Shown here: positions 1 through 10,400 of the stretch, piece by piece
Numbering within the stretch: the stretch's first letter is position 1
Layout: every line of letters starts with the position of its first letter
DNA from: a virus
Direction: 5' to 3' (one strand)
IMG/VR virus record: IMGVR_UViG_3300027708_001637
Length of the DNA stretch: 64,000 nucleotides
Program-made: the position numbers and the translations under genes
The notes under the pieces: model-generated
The model's input: only the letters and a program-made list of their open reading frames with translations
Told to the model about the DNA's origin: nothing
Databases searched by the model: none

Positions 1-190
1 ATACTTCCTTGTGCACCAATACTTCCTTGTGCACCAATACTTCCTTGTGCACCAATACTTCCTTGTGCACCAATACTTCCTTGTGCACCAATACTTCCTT
101 GTGCACCAATACTTCCTTGTGCACCCGTTGATCCCTGTACACCTTGTGCACCAATACTTCCTTGTGCCCCCACACTACCTTGCGGTCCAA
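1..190. repeat. 18-bp tandem repeat ATACTTCCTTGTGCACCA encoding collagen-like GAQGSI on the minus strand
   Basis: About 6.5 exact copies at 1-124, then degenerate copies to ~190. Confidence 0.95.
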
Positions 191-1553
191 CTGCACCATT
201 TACACTAATAGTGCCAGAGTTATTAATTTGAATAGTAGTTCCGTCAATTTTTACTCCGCCCAACGTCGAAGTGCTTGCCGTTGGTATATTTGTAATTACT
301 GATGATCCGTTAACAACTATGCTATCCGCATATACTGTGCGCCACTGACTTGAAGTGGAGCCTAAATCATAAGATAGATCTGTTGTGGGCAATACATTAC
401 CATCAAATGTTGCACTTTTATCTAACTTATTCAAAAACAGCGTAGCAGTACTTTGAGCCCCGTTATTATGTTCTGAGTAAAATGCTAGATTCTGACGACT
501 ACCGATATGCATAGTTTCACCAGATCCTTCTGCATAGAAGAATACTTCACTAGCTAATACGTTGCCGTTAGCAGTATTAGTCCCGTTAATACCAAATTGA
601 AAATAACTGTTGTTGTCATTCAATCCTTGGAATATAGATTGTGCGCCGCTACCAGTGCTAATATTCTGACTGGTAAACACTAAAGGGCCGTCTTTGGCCA
701 CGCTCACAAGCACTTGCCTATTAAATTGCCAACCGTATTGGTCTAAATATCCCACGCTATCATAACTATTAGATCCTCCGGCATGGAAAGTTAAACGAGT
801 GCCTGTACTTTGTGTTCCAATGAATAAATCTGCATTGTTGGCAAACATATATGCAGAACCGGGGGTGTGTATTCCGTAAGCTTCTGCCTCACTGTATCGA
901 CTATTATTAATACCTATGTCTAATAAATGTGCTCCTGCATTAGCATCACCTAGATCATTTAAGATCATGATGTCGCTTGTTGCAGTAGTTGAGGAACTAT
1001 AATTCTTAATTATTTGTTGTGTATATCCAGGATAATTACTGTCGATTCTAAATGTGGTTCCTGGTACAGTTAAATTATCATAAGCAATACCTTGATAGAT
1101 AGTATTTGGAACTTTTAATGTGCTAGGTACAGTCAATGTACCAGTATTATCTAATATTGCTGAATAAGTTCTATTGGGAGAAATTAATCTATCAACTACA
1201 GGAGCAAATGCGCTGATGGTACCAGTATTGCTAATTTGAATCGTAGTACCATCAATACGTACACCGCCCAATGTTGCTGTGCTGGCCACAGGCAATTGGT
1301 ATTGTATACTAGGGTTTGAATCTACCCAACCACCATCATAAAATATATAACTTTTTCCAGTGACTGTATCAAACCATACTGTAGTTGTTGTGGCAGGCAC
1401 AGGTGGTCGATCACTTTGCACCAAATGGATAGCATTGTTTAGTTGGGTGGTAAAATTAGTAAAATTAGTATTGACTTTGCTAAATGCTGTACGTAGGCTG
1501 TCGCCATCTCCGGCATTTGCGCCGCTACCTGTGTTTATATACAGTGTTGTCAT
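1..1553 (-). CDS. Tail fibre/baseplate-anchored virion protein with collagen-like repeats (partial, runs off left edge; absent from the ORF track)
   Basis: Hand translation from ATG 1553: MTTLYINTGSGANAGDGDSLRTAFSKVNTNF resembles the T4 gp9/gp10-type N-terminal motif. The frame is consistent down to GPQ-GSV-GAQ-GSI-GAQ Gly-X-Y repeats at the edge. Confidence 0.85.
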   Translation of the reverse strand, partial: MTTLYINTGSGANAGDGDSLRTAFSKVNTNFTNFTTQLNNAIHLVQSDRPPVPATTTTVWFDTVTGKSYIFYDGGWVDSNPSIQYQLPVASTATLGGVRIDGTTIQISNTGTISAFAPVVDRLISPNRTYSAILDNTGTLTVPSTLKVPNTIYQGIAYDNLTVPGTTFRIDSNYPGYTQQIIKNYSSSTTATSDIMILNDLGDANAGAHLLDIGINNSRYSEAEAYGIHTPGSAYMFANNADLFIGTQSTGTRLTFHAGGSNSYDSVGYLDQYGWQFNRQVLVSVAKDGPLVFTSQNISTGSGAQSIFQGLNDNNSYFQFGINGTNTANGNVLASEVFFYAEGSGETMHIGSRQNLAFYSEHNNGAQSTATLFLNKLDKSATFDGNVLPTTDLSYDLGSTSSQWRTVYADSIVVNGSSVITNIPTASTSTLGGVKIDGTTIQINNSGTISVNGAVGPQGSVGAQGSIGAQGVQGSTGAQGSIGAQGSIGAQGSIGAQGSIGAQGSIGAQGSIGAQGS

Positions 1554-1629
1554 CTTTAAATCCTTGGCAGTTGACTTGTGTTCATCCAGTATTTAGTGGT
1601 AGATTCTATAAACCAAATGTAAATAATCA

Positions 1630-1917
1630 ATGTTCATCAAAATTAAAAAAGTTCTAACTGAATATACAAGACTCAGCAAGAGTGGCAAGGAGCATACTTA
1701 CACCAGATCGAAGTCCTATGTTGAATTAGAATGTGACTCTTGTAATAGTCAATTTGAACGGGCGCTGAGTCTAATGGATCACAGACGTTTGGATAACCAA
1801 TATCACCACGTTTGTCCAAACTGCGATTCCAAACGCTTTGCTCAAAAGAAAGGCGTGGAACGTAGAAAATTATGGGACACACCAGTTGACAGCGATTTGA
1901 ATATTGGTAGACTTTGA
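1630..1917 (+). CDS. Small Zn-ribbon (CxxC...CxxC) phage protein
   Basis: CDSC and CPNC pairs; TAAATA at 1620-1625 just upstream of the ATG. Confidence 0.7.
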   Translation: MFIKIKKVLTEYTRLSKSGKEHTYTRSKSYVELECDSCNSQFERALSLMDHRRLDNQYHHVCPNCDSKRFAQKKGVERRKLWDTPVDSDLNIGRL

Positions 1918-1986
1918 CATTAAACTATGTTATAATAAAACAGTAATTTTTACATAGATAAATATTAGTATGATAGAAAGTAGAAA

Positions 1987-2499
1987 ATGAGTGCGACCCT
2001 AATATTAAATGCCGACGCAAGTCCAGTTAGCCTACTACCACTCAGCACAATCAGTTGGGAGGAAGCAATCCGCTACCTTGTCACTGACAAGGCCATAGTG
2101 TTAGAGTGGTACGACAATTGGACAGTTCATAGCGAAAAGTGGAGTACACTGGTGCCTGCCGTTATGATTTTGAAAGAATACCAAAAGAAGAAAACTGCGG
2201 TACGCTTTTCAAAACACAACGTATTCCTTCGTGACGGTTACGAATGCCAATACTGCGGTGAAGATGTAAGCCGCAAGACTGCTACCTTGGACCACGTGTT
2301 GCCAGTAAGTCACGGCGGCAAGACTACTTTTGAAAATACTGTATGTGCCTGTGCAAACTGTAATGCCAACAAGGGCAACGACAAGAAGATTGTGCCCAAG
2401 GTCAAACCCTTAAAACCTACATACTTTCAATTGGCTGACAAGAGAAAGAAGATGAAGTGGGAGTTAGGTCATCCAAGTTGGGCACCTTACTTGGAATAA
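1987..2499 (+). CDS. HNH endonuclease (McrA/HNH_5-like)
   Basis: RDGYECQYCG...TLDHVLPVSHGG...NTVCACANCNANKG. Confidence 0.92.
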   Translation: MSATLILNADASPVSLLPLSTISWEEAIRYLVTDKAIVLEWYDNWTVHSEKWSTLVPAVMILKEYQKKKTAVRFSKHNVFLRDGYECQYCGEDVSRKTATLDHVLPVSHGGKTTFENTVCACANCNANKGNDKKIVPKVKPLKPTYFQLADKRKKMKWELGHPSWAPYLE

Positions 2500-2503
2500 T
2501 AAG

Positions 2504-2526
2504 AAAGCCCCGTAAGGGGCTTTTTT
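2504..2526. terminator. Bidirectional intrinsic terminator between convergent HNH and infA
   Basis: AAAGCCCC-GTAA-GGGGCTTT followed by a T run. Confidence 0.85.
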
Positions 2527-2547
2527 ATTGGCCTTGTTTTAGGGCCA

Positions 2548-2766
2548 TTAGCGTTCTCTATAAACTATTCTACATTTGGATAAGTCATAGGGTGACATTT
2601 CAATCTTGACCCTATCGCCTGCTAAGATCTGTATCTTATTTTGACGCATTTTGCCGCTGATGTGTCCCAGTATAACAGGACCTTGCGACATCTTTACCCT
2701 GAACATTGCGTTGGGTAATACTTCCTCTACCACTCCATCAGAAGTGATTAAATCTTCTTTTGCCAC
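2548..2766 (-). CDS. infA: Translation initiation factor IF-1
   Basis: MAKEDLI...[15 protein letters not shown]...[36 protein letters not shown]; 72 aa. Confidence 0.97.
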   Translation of the reverse strand: MAKEDLITSDGVVEEVLPNAMFRVKMSQGPVILGHISGKMRQNKIQILAGDRVKIEMSPYDLSKCRIVYRER

Positions 2767-3009
2767 TTAGACTTTCTCTCCTTTTAAACCTTTGATTACC
2801 ATATCTTTAGCCCTTTGATCTAAATCTTTTTCTTCGGTTGCATATATAAGTACAGACATCGATTGCATGAATTGTTTCAATGCAACTTCACCCTCTTCTG
2901 TAAATCGACAGTAATCTTGTCCGATTGGGCTGTATCGATAATATTTACTATTATGGATCAGTTCGCTAACCCCGCCGTAGAGTACGTCCTTTAATGCGGA
3001 TTTTTCCAT
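2767..3009 (-). CDS. Hypothetical protein (80 aa, start MEKSALKD)
   Basis: Packed between ligase and infA; the ATG at 3009 avoids overlap with ligase. Confidence 0.7.
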   Translation of the reverse strand: MEKSALKDVLYGGVSELIHNSKYYRYSPIGQDYCRFTEEGEVALKQFMQSMSVLIYATEEKDLDQRAKDMVIKGLKGEKV

Positions 3010-3010
3010 A

Positions 3011-4312
3011 TTAAATCTTCTCACCAGCCGCAAAGCCACGGAAACGGAGGAAACGCGGAAAGCGCAACGAATAAGTACCATCTTGATTTTGTGTAATTGC
3101 ATCCGCTCTCACTTCGACAACTTGTCCATCTACTCGGCAATTCCAAAAGTCATCACGGTCCTGGTCACTAAAACCACTACCAACATTGACCTTAATCATT
3201 TTGCCATCATCAACACCTTCACATACCAATGCACCCATCTTACCTGCATTGCGGCCAGTGCCTTCTTCAGTTTCCTTAACAGTAAGGCTAACTTCAATAA
3301 ATGGCTTCATCTTGAGCCAACTGCGGCTACGTTTGCATTCGTAAATGGCATCAACATCTTTAATCATAATGCCTTCAAAACCTGCCTCAATAGCATCTTT
3401 GTTGTACTGCTTAAATTCCAGTTCACCAACATAACTATCAAGATCCACCTCAATTTGTGGAATGACATCAATGCTGCCAACTGTGTCAAAGATTGCCTTC
3501 ATACCGCGTAGTTGAGCACTACGTTGTTTCTGTCCCATATTGCTGGCACCTGCTTGGAACTCTGCAACAGACAAGACATCAAATAGCATTAGACGAGCGT
3601 CGTCGCTTTGCACATCGCTCTTACGATGCACTTGCTTCATCAATGCTTGGAAACTGCTACTGACCATTTCACCATCGAGTACTAAGCTACGCTTGAATAA
3701 ACTAATATTGGCCTCGATAGAGTTTGTAATATGGCTGAAGTTTTCTAACAATTTGCCATTACGGCTGTACATAGTGGCTGTCTTATTTTCAACATTGACC
3801 ACTGTAATAACACGGACACCGTCTAATTTGGGTTCAAGCAATTTCTTGCCTACAATCTTTGATTCGTGTTTGGCACCATCGTGTGCCAACATACATTCAA
3901 ACAGTGGAACTTCATATACAGTTTTGCCTGCCTTAGCAACCATTTTGTTGACAGTTGTTTCGCTGAAACCTGCTCGCATATCTTTGATAAGGATACGACG
4001 ATACCAGCCGTTCCATTGTGCCTCTGTGCTTGCACTCAACGCTAATTCAATTGCATCACGTGCATCGTGGCCAGTTAGTTCACGTTTGGCTAGACTGGTT
4101 GCCAATGCTTTAAATGCAACCCAAGGTAGGCCTTGTCCATCTGGACCGCTAAATGTAGGAACTTTTTTGACTCCGAATGTAATCATCGGGTCATAGCACA
4201 TACGCAAACCTTCAAACAACTCCGAGTTGTCTGCTTCTGCTTCGCGCAGTACGATTGCTTCTTTGTAAAGTCGACTGTTGTCGGCTTCAATTTCTTGAAT
4301 AATTTGATGCAT
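3011..4312 (-). CDS. ATP-dependent DNA ligase
   Basis: EPKLDGVR (KxDG), LDGE, EGIMIKD, WLKMK and the C-terminal OB-fold LRFPRF. Confidence 0.95.
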   Translation of the reverse strand: MHQIIQEIEADNSRLYKEAIVLREAEADNSELFEGLRMCYDPMITFGVKKVPTFSGPDGQGLPWVAFKALATSLAKRELTGHDARDAIELALSASTEAQWNGWYRRILIKDMRAGFSETTVNKMVAKAGKTVYEVPLFECMLAHDGAKHESKIVGKKLLEPKLDGVRVITVVNVENKTATMYSRNGKLLENFSHITNSIEANISLFKRSLVLDGEMVSSSFQALMKQVHRKSDVQSDDARLMLFDVLSVAEFQAGASNMGQKQRSAQLRGMKAIFDTVGSIDVIPQIEVDLDSYVGELEFKQYNKDAIEAGFEGIMIKDVDAIYECKRSRSWLKMKPFIEVSLTVKETEEGTGRNAGKMGALVCEGVDDGKMIKVNVGSGFSDQDRDDFWNCRVDGQVVEVRADAITQNQDGTYSLRFPRFLRFRGFAAGEKI

Positions 4313-4344
4313 TAGAAACGCCTGTGTGTGTTGAACATATGCTT

Positions 4345-4373
4345 ATTATACAGTAACTTTGAGTATTTGTCAA
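4345..4373 (-). promoter_or_regulatory. sigma70-type promoter for ligase
   Basis: Minus strand TTGACA (4373-4368), 17 bp, TATAAT (4350-4345). Confidence 0.8.
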
Positions 4374-5818
4374 GATCTAATCTTTGAATTGATATATTTA
4401 AAAATATGAGTTTGCATCGATTGTCGAATCATTGTAACATACGAACCTTCATCAGCGTCAGTATCCATTAATTCATCTAAAGGTATATACGGTAGTAACG
4501 GCCACATACCAAACCCGCCTATCTTAAATTTAAAATTAAATTCTTCAAGAATTAATTTCCTAACTTCAAATATATTAGTGTAATCATTTTCCCAAGTTAT
4601 TTGATTATCGCTCAGTAGTGTGGATTTATCTCTAGTCACTTGTTCAGTGTTGATCATTTCCCTATAACCATATTTGGAAAAATCTTTACCTAAGGCAGAT
4701 AATGTTCCTATTCCATTTGTGGAACTTGTAATTTGCAACGCATACCAATATGCAAGTTGATCACTCCAGTTTTCTTCTAACCATTTTTGACTTGCCCGCA
4801 TACTATCTAATGATTCATATGGAAGACCTGCAATCATTGATATTGTTCCCCTATATAATCCCAAATTCTTTTGAAAATATTCACGCACTGTTAATAAAGT
4901 TTCTTTTACTACATCTGGATTTTGACCTTTACCAATAGATTTACCTGCTGTTCTATTAAAAGTTTCAATACCATAAAATTGTCCCCATACCCGAGATTCT
5001 GCCAATAATTCTATATGTTCGGGATGACTTTTTAATAAATCTGCCCTAACAAAACCAGTTAGATTAGGTTTAAAGTCCAATCGTTGAATAACGTTTTTTA
5101 TTTTTATTAATTTATCTGTTCTATCATTAAGTGTTTCGTCAGTAATATAATAATTTTCAGTACCCCATTTTTGGTAATTTTCCATTAGTTCACGGTATAA
5201 TATTTCTTCAGAACTAGAAGTATCTTCTTTAATACCAATGAATGGGAATGTGCAAAAATCACATTTAAATTTACAACCTCGACTGAAAGCGATAGTTAAT
5301 ATATCTTTGTTAGTGATAAAATCAGTGTCTTGAAATCTAATAGAGTAATCTTTAAGATCGTGAGATGGGTAATTTTTAGATGCATCTATATATTTGCCAC
5401 TAAACAATTTAGTATAGAAAGGGGGAATGCCGTTGCCGAACTCGTAATCCAATACTTTAAGTGTGGCATATTCAGCATACCCAAATATGTAGTAATCGGC
5501 TCCCAAATCGTGATAGTAAGGACTTTGTCCGCCAATTATAATTAGTAATTCTGGTTTTATTCTTTTGACAAGTCTGATTAGTTCAATTATTTTTTCAGAT
5601 TTCTCAGTCATCCAAGTATATGAAAAACCGACCCATTTTGTATTTGATGTTATTTTACGTGTTAAATATTTTTCTAAATAATTGATGTTCCACTGTTCTG
5701 AATAGTCGACAATATCGCATTCCCAACTATAATCCCTCAAGAAAGTTGCCATTCGATAAGAACCGGCGTTTCTTGCTAAATTACTGAAACTTAGTATAAT
5801 ACAATGATTGTTGTTCAT
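4370..5818 (-). CDS. B12-binding-domain radical SAM protein
   Basis: SRGCKFKCDFC (CxxxCxxC), N-terminal B12-binding-like region (IIIGG, GYAE), YGIETFN, IAGLPYES. Confidence 0.85.
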   Translation of the reverse strand: MNNNHCIILSFSNLARNAGSYRMATFLRDYSWECDIVDYSEQWNINYLEKYLTRKITSNTKWVGFSYTWMTEKSEKIIELIRLVKRIKPELLIIIGGQSPYYHDLGADYYIFGYAEYATLKVLDYEFGNGIPPFYTKLFSGKYIDASKNYPSHDLKDYSIRFQDTDFITNKDILTIAFSRGCKFKCDFCTFPFIGIKEDTSSSEEILYRELMENYQKWGTENYYITDETLNDRTDKLIKIKNVIQRLDFKPNLTGFVRADLLKSHPEHIELLAESRVWGQFYGIETFNRTAGKSIGKGQNPDVVKETLLTVREYFQKNLGLYRGTISMIAGLPYESLDSMRASQKWLEENWSDQLAYWYALQITSSTNGIGTLSALGKDFSKYGYREMINTEQVTRDKSTLLSDNQITWENDYTNIFEVRKLILEEFNFKFKIGGFGMWPLLPYIPLDELMDTDADEGSYVTMIRQSMQTHIFKYINSKIRS

Positions 5819-5857
5819 TAATTAGTATAACAAAAAATATTTACAATAGTCAACCAG

Positions 5858-6181
5858 TTATACACTAAATGAACTTCCGCATCCGCAGGTACTGACAGCA
5901 TTGGGATTGATGATTACAAACTCGCTGGCCATTAGGGTTTCTTTGTAGTCAATGGTAGAACCTTGCAGATATTGCATACTCATAGAGTCCACCAACACTT
6001 TGAAAGTGTCCAAATCAATTACCCAATCATCTTCGTTCTGTTCAGAATCCAATGTGAATCCGTATGAAAAGCCGCTGCATCCGCCGCCTTGAACAAATGT
6101 TCTAAGTGCAACTGACTTGTCTTTTTCATCAATTAGAATGTCTATTATACGGGAACGTGCACTATCAGTGATTGTGATCAT
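5858..6181 (-). CDS. erpA: A-type Fe-S carrier (ErpA/IscA/HesB)
   Basis: GGGCSGFSYG, VDSMSMQYLQGSTIDY, NPNAVSTCGCGSSF. Confidence 0.92.
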   Translation of the reverse strand: MITITDSARSRIIDILIDEKDKSVALRTFVQGGGCSGFSYGFTLDSEQNEDDWVIDLDTFKVLVDSMSMQYLQGSTIDYKETLMASEFVIINPNAVSTCGCGSSFSV

Positions 6182-6435
6182 TCTCTACTGCCAGGCCAAT
6201 ATTTGTTTGGTCCACCATATTTACTACTTTTGATTTTACGTCCACGTTGTGGTTTACCGCTGCCTTTAACACCTTGCTTACCAGTACCATCGGTGTGGTC
6301 ACTATCGTGCTTTAACATTCCCATTCCCACGCATTGTGCATATCTTACATTTGATAAGCGAGCGTGCCCAACAGAGCATTGACTCTGTGTGGGCGCAGGT
6401 AATTTCTTTTCAGCAAGCAATTCAGTAATTTTCAT
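6178..6435 (-). CDS. Basic hypothetical late protein
   Basis: ORF with TAAATA 5 nt upstream; N-terminus MKITELLAE. Confidence 0.7.
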   Translation of the reverse strand: MKITELLAEKKLPAPTQSQCSVGHARLSNVRYAQCVGMGMLKHDSDHTDGTGKQGVKGSGKPQRGRKIKSSKYGGPNKYWPGSRE

Positions 6436-6450
6436 ACTGATATTTATGCA

Positions 6451-6786
6451 TCATTTAAAAAGAATAAGACCCATTAAGAGTGTTTGTGCTACAAATCCAA
6501 GAGCAATGGTTGTAATATACAATCGATCCTTTTCTAGGATAGCCTTGACAAACAATGTAGTCAATGCACTCCAAATAAAGATCATAAGATCAATGTTTGG
6601 CAGTTTGTCGCTTTGTCCAATAATTACAGCCCACAATGTAGGGATGCTGGAAAAGTGTAGCATTATGATAGCAATCCATCCCAATGCGTGTGCCGATATA
6701 TTAATCAAATGCTGTGCAATGAAACGATAAATGTCCATTGCACCTGAAACGGAAAGTGCGTATACAAATCTGATAAAGTTTTTCAT
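6451..6786 (-). CDS. Small multi-pass membrane protein
   Basis: Three or four hydrophobic segments; true start may be MDIYRF at 6738. Confidence 0.7.
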   Translation of the reverse strand: MKNFIRFVYALSVSGAMDIYRFIAQHLINISAHALGWIAIIMLHFSSIPTLWAVIIGQSDKLPNIDLMIFIWSALTTLFVKAILEKDRLYITTIALGFVAQTLLMGLILFK

Positions 6787-6794
6787 AGTTGTCC

Positions 6795-7373
6795 TTAGTT
6801 ATAAAAGATGTGATGTCCAATGTGTGCGACAGGTTTCTTACCCCAATGCGGATCAATATAATCTGCGTGGTAATATAATGCTTTGTCCAAACTTGGTAAC
6901 TTATAATTTTCCATTAGAACTTTTTGAGCCGCGATCATACTTTCATCATAGTTTGCTTTGTTTAATGGACGAAATGCAGTGACACGGTCACAAGTCCAAC
7001 TAAATTGGCAAACAACTTTTTCATAAAAGATATTCTTTTGGTAAATTGTCTTACAGACATCTCCGGGAAATTGTCCACTGTTGGTTCGGTTTAATGTTAC
7101 TATCGCAACAGCGGCCTTGCCCTCGAATGGTTCACTACCAGCCTCGTGGTAGATATTTTTAGCCAAACATCCCAATTGATGTTCTCTAAATTCAGCAGTA
7201 ATGTTACTAGTTTCAGCAACAGTTGTATGGGCAAGTTTAGTGTCTATGGCCCAGTCTAGTAAGTGTATAGTTGCCCACAGAAATATGGACATAAAAACTA
7301 GAGATATAAATGTGAGAATCGAACGTGGTATCTCAACCTTGTCCATTCCTCGCTCGTTCGCAATCGTAGTCAT
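6795..7373 (-). CDS. Cell wall hydrolase, SleB/Hydrolase_2 family, with N-terminal TM anchor
   Basis: CLAKNIYHEAGSEPFEGKAAVAIVTLNR...QFSW...ALYYHADYIDPHW...IGHHIFY. Confidence 0.92.
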   Translation of the reverse strand: MTTIANERGMDKVEIPRSILTFISLVFMSIFLWATIHLLDWAIDTKLAHTTVAETSNITAEFREHQLGCLAKNIYHEAGSEPFEGKAAVAIVTLNRTNSGQFPGDVCKTIYQKNIFYEKVVCQFSWTCDRVTAFRPLNKANYDESMIAAQKVLMENYKLPSLDKALYYHADYIDPHWGKKPVAHIGHHIFYN

Positions 7374-7483
7374 AATTGACCTCCTTTTGTTTAGTGGCGA
7401 TAAGAATAGTTATCTTCAAGTCGTAAGTATACGGCGTTAGACCATAATAGTCAAGATCCTATGGCAGAATTATAGGAATATTC

Positions 7484-10400
7484 CTATAATTCACCGGTCA
7501 AACGTTTAATAATCTTTAGATATAACTGGTTAATAAATTTAAAATTTAGTTTTGATGTTATTTTATTCAGAGAATACCAAATTTTCAATGTAGTTCCGCC
7601 GGTATCGTGAAAATAATGTAGAATAGATATTGCTTTCTGTTTGGTTATCAATCCCTGATTCACGCATTGAATCAGTGTGCCGCCGTCTCCAAAAACTGAT
7701 GTTGTGCCAAATCCATTTACATTATATGTGCCATCACCGTCAACTAACAAGTTATAAACCATAATGCACTTAGCATCTGTATTAGATGCACTAGTTAATG
7801 GCGCACATTCTCCTAACCAACTTGCATTTGAATTGATATATTGGGGAATATAACTAACTAATTTTTCATCTATTATTAACGGGTGATGCAATGACCCAAA
7901 TGGTTCGACAGATATATCTGGACTATGCAATTGCCCTGTATAGTGTGTAGTAACAATAAAATTTACTGTGTTAATTTTAGTCCGGTTATGATTGAACACT
8001 GTATCACCAATATTGATTTCATTGATAAATTTTGTAGTACCGTCAGACATTTCAATTTTAGTATTAGATGAGAAACACATTCCACAAGTGGCTTCAGCAA
8101 TAATAGCAGCGCCTTCAAGCAATGTTGCGCCTTCAGCAACTCCCTCTGCCACTACAACGCCAGTGGCAACAACATCTGCCGCTTCACCAACAGTAACAAT
8201 GGCTGCAATGTCGCCGCCGACTGCTACAATTGCGGTGTCAGTTAAAACCGTAGTTTCTGCCTCAAGTAAAAACAATTCCGCAGCGGTCTCGGCCTCACTG
8301 ACCAGTAATACCTCTTCAGTAACGGCGGGTAATACTGCGGTACCCAACTCATAATCAATCGCAAGGCAACTCTCCGCAGTACCCAGGGCCGTATCAAGTA
8401 CAGCTGGGGTAGTCCAAAAATCAAGACCAGCTTCTACTAATAGATTTTCAACATACCCTATAGCAGCTTGGAACAAACCTGCAACAGTATAACTTCCAAA
8501 TAATCCCAGCACATAATTGGCCAACGTATATAGTAAGTATCCCAATAGTAATTTTTGCCAGAATGGTATTTGAGCATCACCGCCACCACCGGCAACTTGA
8601 TAGTGGCGTTGGATTATAGCAGGAGGAGGAGCAATATATCCAGGCGATAAAACAGTTTTATATGTTACTTTTCCAGTAGGATCAAAACCAGTAAAATATC
8701 TAGTATACTGACCTCCTTTTTGGATATTATTATATCTAGAATTATTTGGAATTTGATTTTCAGCATTAGAGAAATAGTAGAAAAGATACGGATAGTTTAA
8801 AAGTGTTCCATCAGTAATAATCCATCCTGACAGATCAACTAACGCATTTTGACTAATTGATAATTGTCCTAGACCGTTGTCTTTAACAGTGACTAAACTG
8901 TCATTGGCAAAAAAACTTGAATAAGATGTGCCTGTAGCCAAGTTCCTAGACCAAGTATTTGGAACCATTTGGTATGTATGTGGTTTTCCATCATCTTGTA
9001 AATAGATACGCCCAATTTCTGCCCAATTAGGAATCATAACATCTAAGGTAGACCAAACAACATATCCAGCCTCATTCATAATAGTTACACCAACAGACCC
9101 AAATTTGCCTGCTTGTGTAGCATCTACTTTTATAGTATGTAATCCAGGTGTTAGAGCAATATCCCCACTGGAAATGACATTATCTGAATCTTTTGGCACT
9201 GTAAACACAATTGGTGTTCCGTTATCTATAATAACAGTTGCTGTGGACGTGGCGTATATATACGGGTCACCACTCATAACACCATTAGTAATGGTAAAAG
9301 CATTACGCACATTAGTCGATGTTGATACAATGGAGCCTACACTAATGTTATATGTATAAATCCCTGCATCCCTGGCTAAGAATGTTGCAGTAGGAATTGA
9401 TAAACTGGTATTCCTAGAATCGCGACCATCCCAAACTCCGTAAGTTTGTAAAAATGCGTTGCTTGTTGCTGTAGATTTTGGAATCGTATTATGTATATAA
9501 TTATCAAATGATCCTACAATGTTTCCATTTTCGTATGGCCTAATGATGGTTTTATCCCAAACAGCTAGTCCAGTTGAAACAATTATTGCACTTGATGTAT
9601 TTTGATTTATAGAAGTTTGAAATTTCCTACCTAAATGTGACATTGCATATAGACTAAAGTTGGGATATGCTCCTGCCCAAACTTCTGGAGAACTACCACT
9701 ACCCATACCAAATCCAACTGTCAAACAGCGTTGGCCATTGATCATATCATAACTAAACCCAACTACACCGTTAAATGCATTTTGTGGACTCAACCAACTA
9801 CCGATATTATAATCTTGTACGTCTATTAATACTTCTACATCCACTAAACTCGTAGCAACATTTGACAAATTATTTTTTTCTATTGCAGTCAATATAACCT
9901 GCGTAGATGTATTCAAATTTGGAACACTAGCAACGTCGACTACAAGTACAGGGTTTGGAAATGGCGAGCGATATGATGCATTTTTATTAGGGATTCGATT
10001 TCCCGAAAGATAGAAGTTAGATAGCAACAAGCCCATAGTCTGTTGGCTCGGTGTTGAAAGATTAAATGTTGTATTTGAACCTATTGATACAGGTTCATTT
10101 ATTCCAGGGTTAATCAATGCAAAACCAGATGCTTGATTAGTTAAAGTTCCCTTGTAACTAGTGTAAGTACCTGCATAAGAGACAACATTAAATGTAGATG
10201 TAGTAGGTCCAAATATTGCCTTGGCAATTGGATTTGGGATATTATCAATTCCAAATTTAGTTATAATTGGAGAAGGCACATTTAGTATAGGATTAACCCC
10301 ATCTGAAATTAATTGAATAGTATTATTGTACAATCCTGCAGATTTTTCAAATGATACATTTTGAAAACTAATACTCAACGGTGTTGTTCCAGGTACATTG

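Noticed and set aside
11-208. Plus-strand HQYFLV-repeat ORF
   Set aside because: Antisense shadow of the collagen repeat in the minus-strand fibre gene.
3083-4315. Plus-strand ORFs over the ligase gene
   Set aside because: Antisense to a clearly conserved gene, with no SD or recognisable motifs.
7690-8077. Splicing intein in the giant protein
   Set aside because: Lacks the terminal His-Asn plus nucleophile and an endonuclease domain; treated as a cleavage-type Hint.
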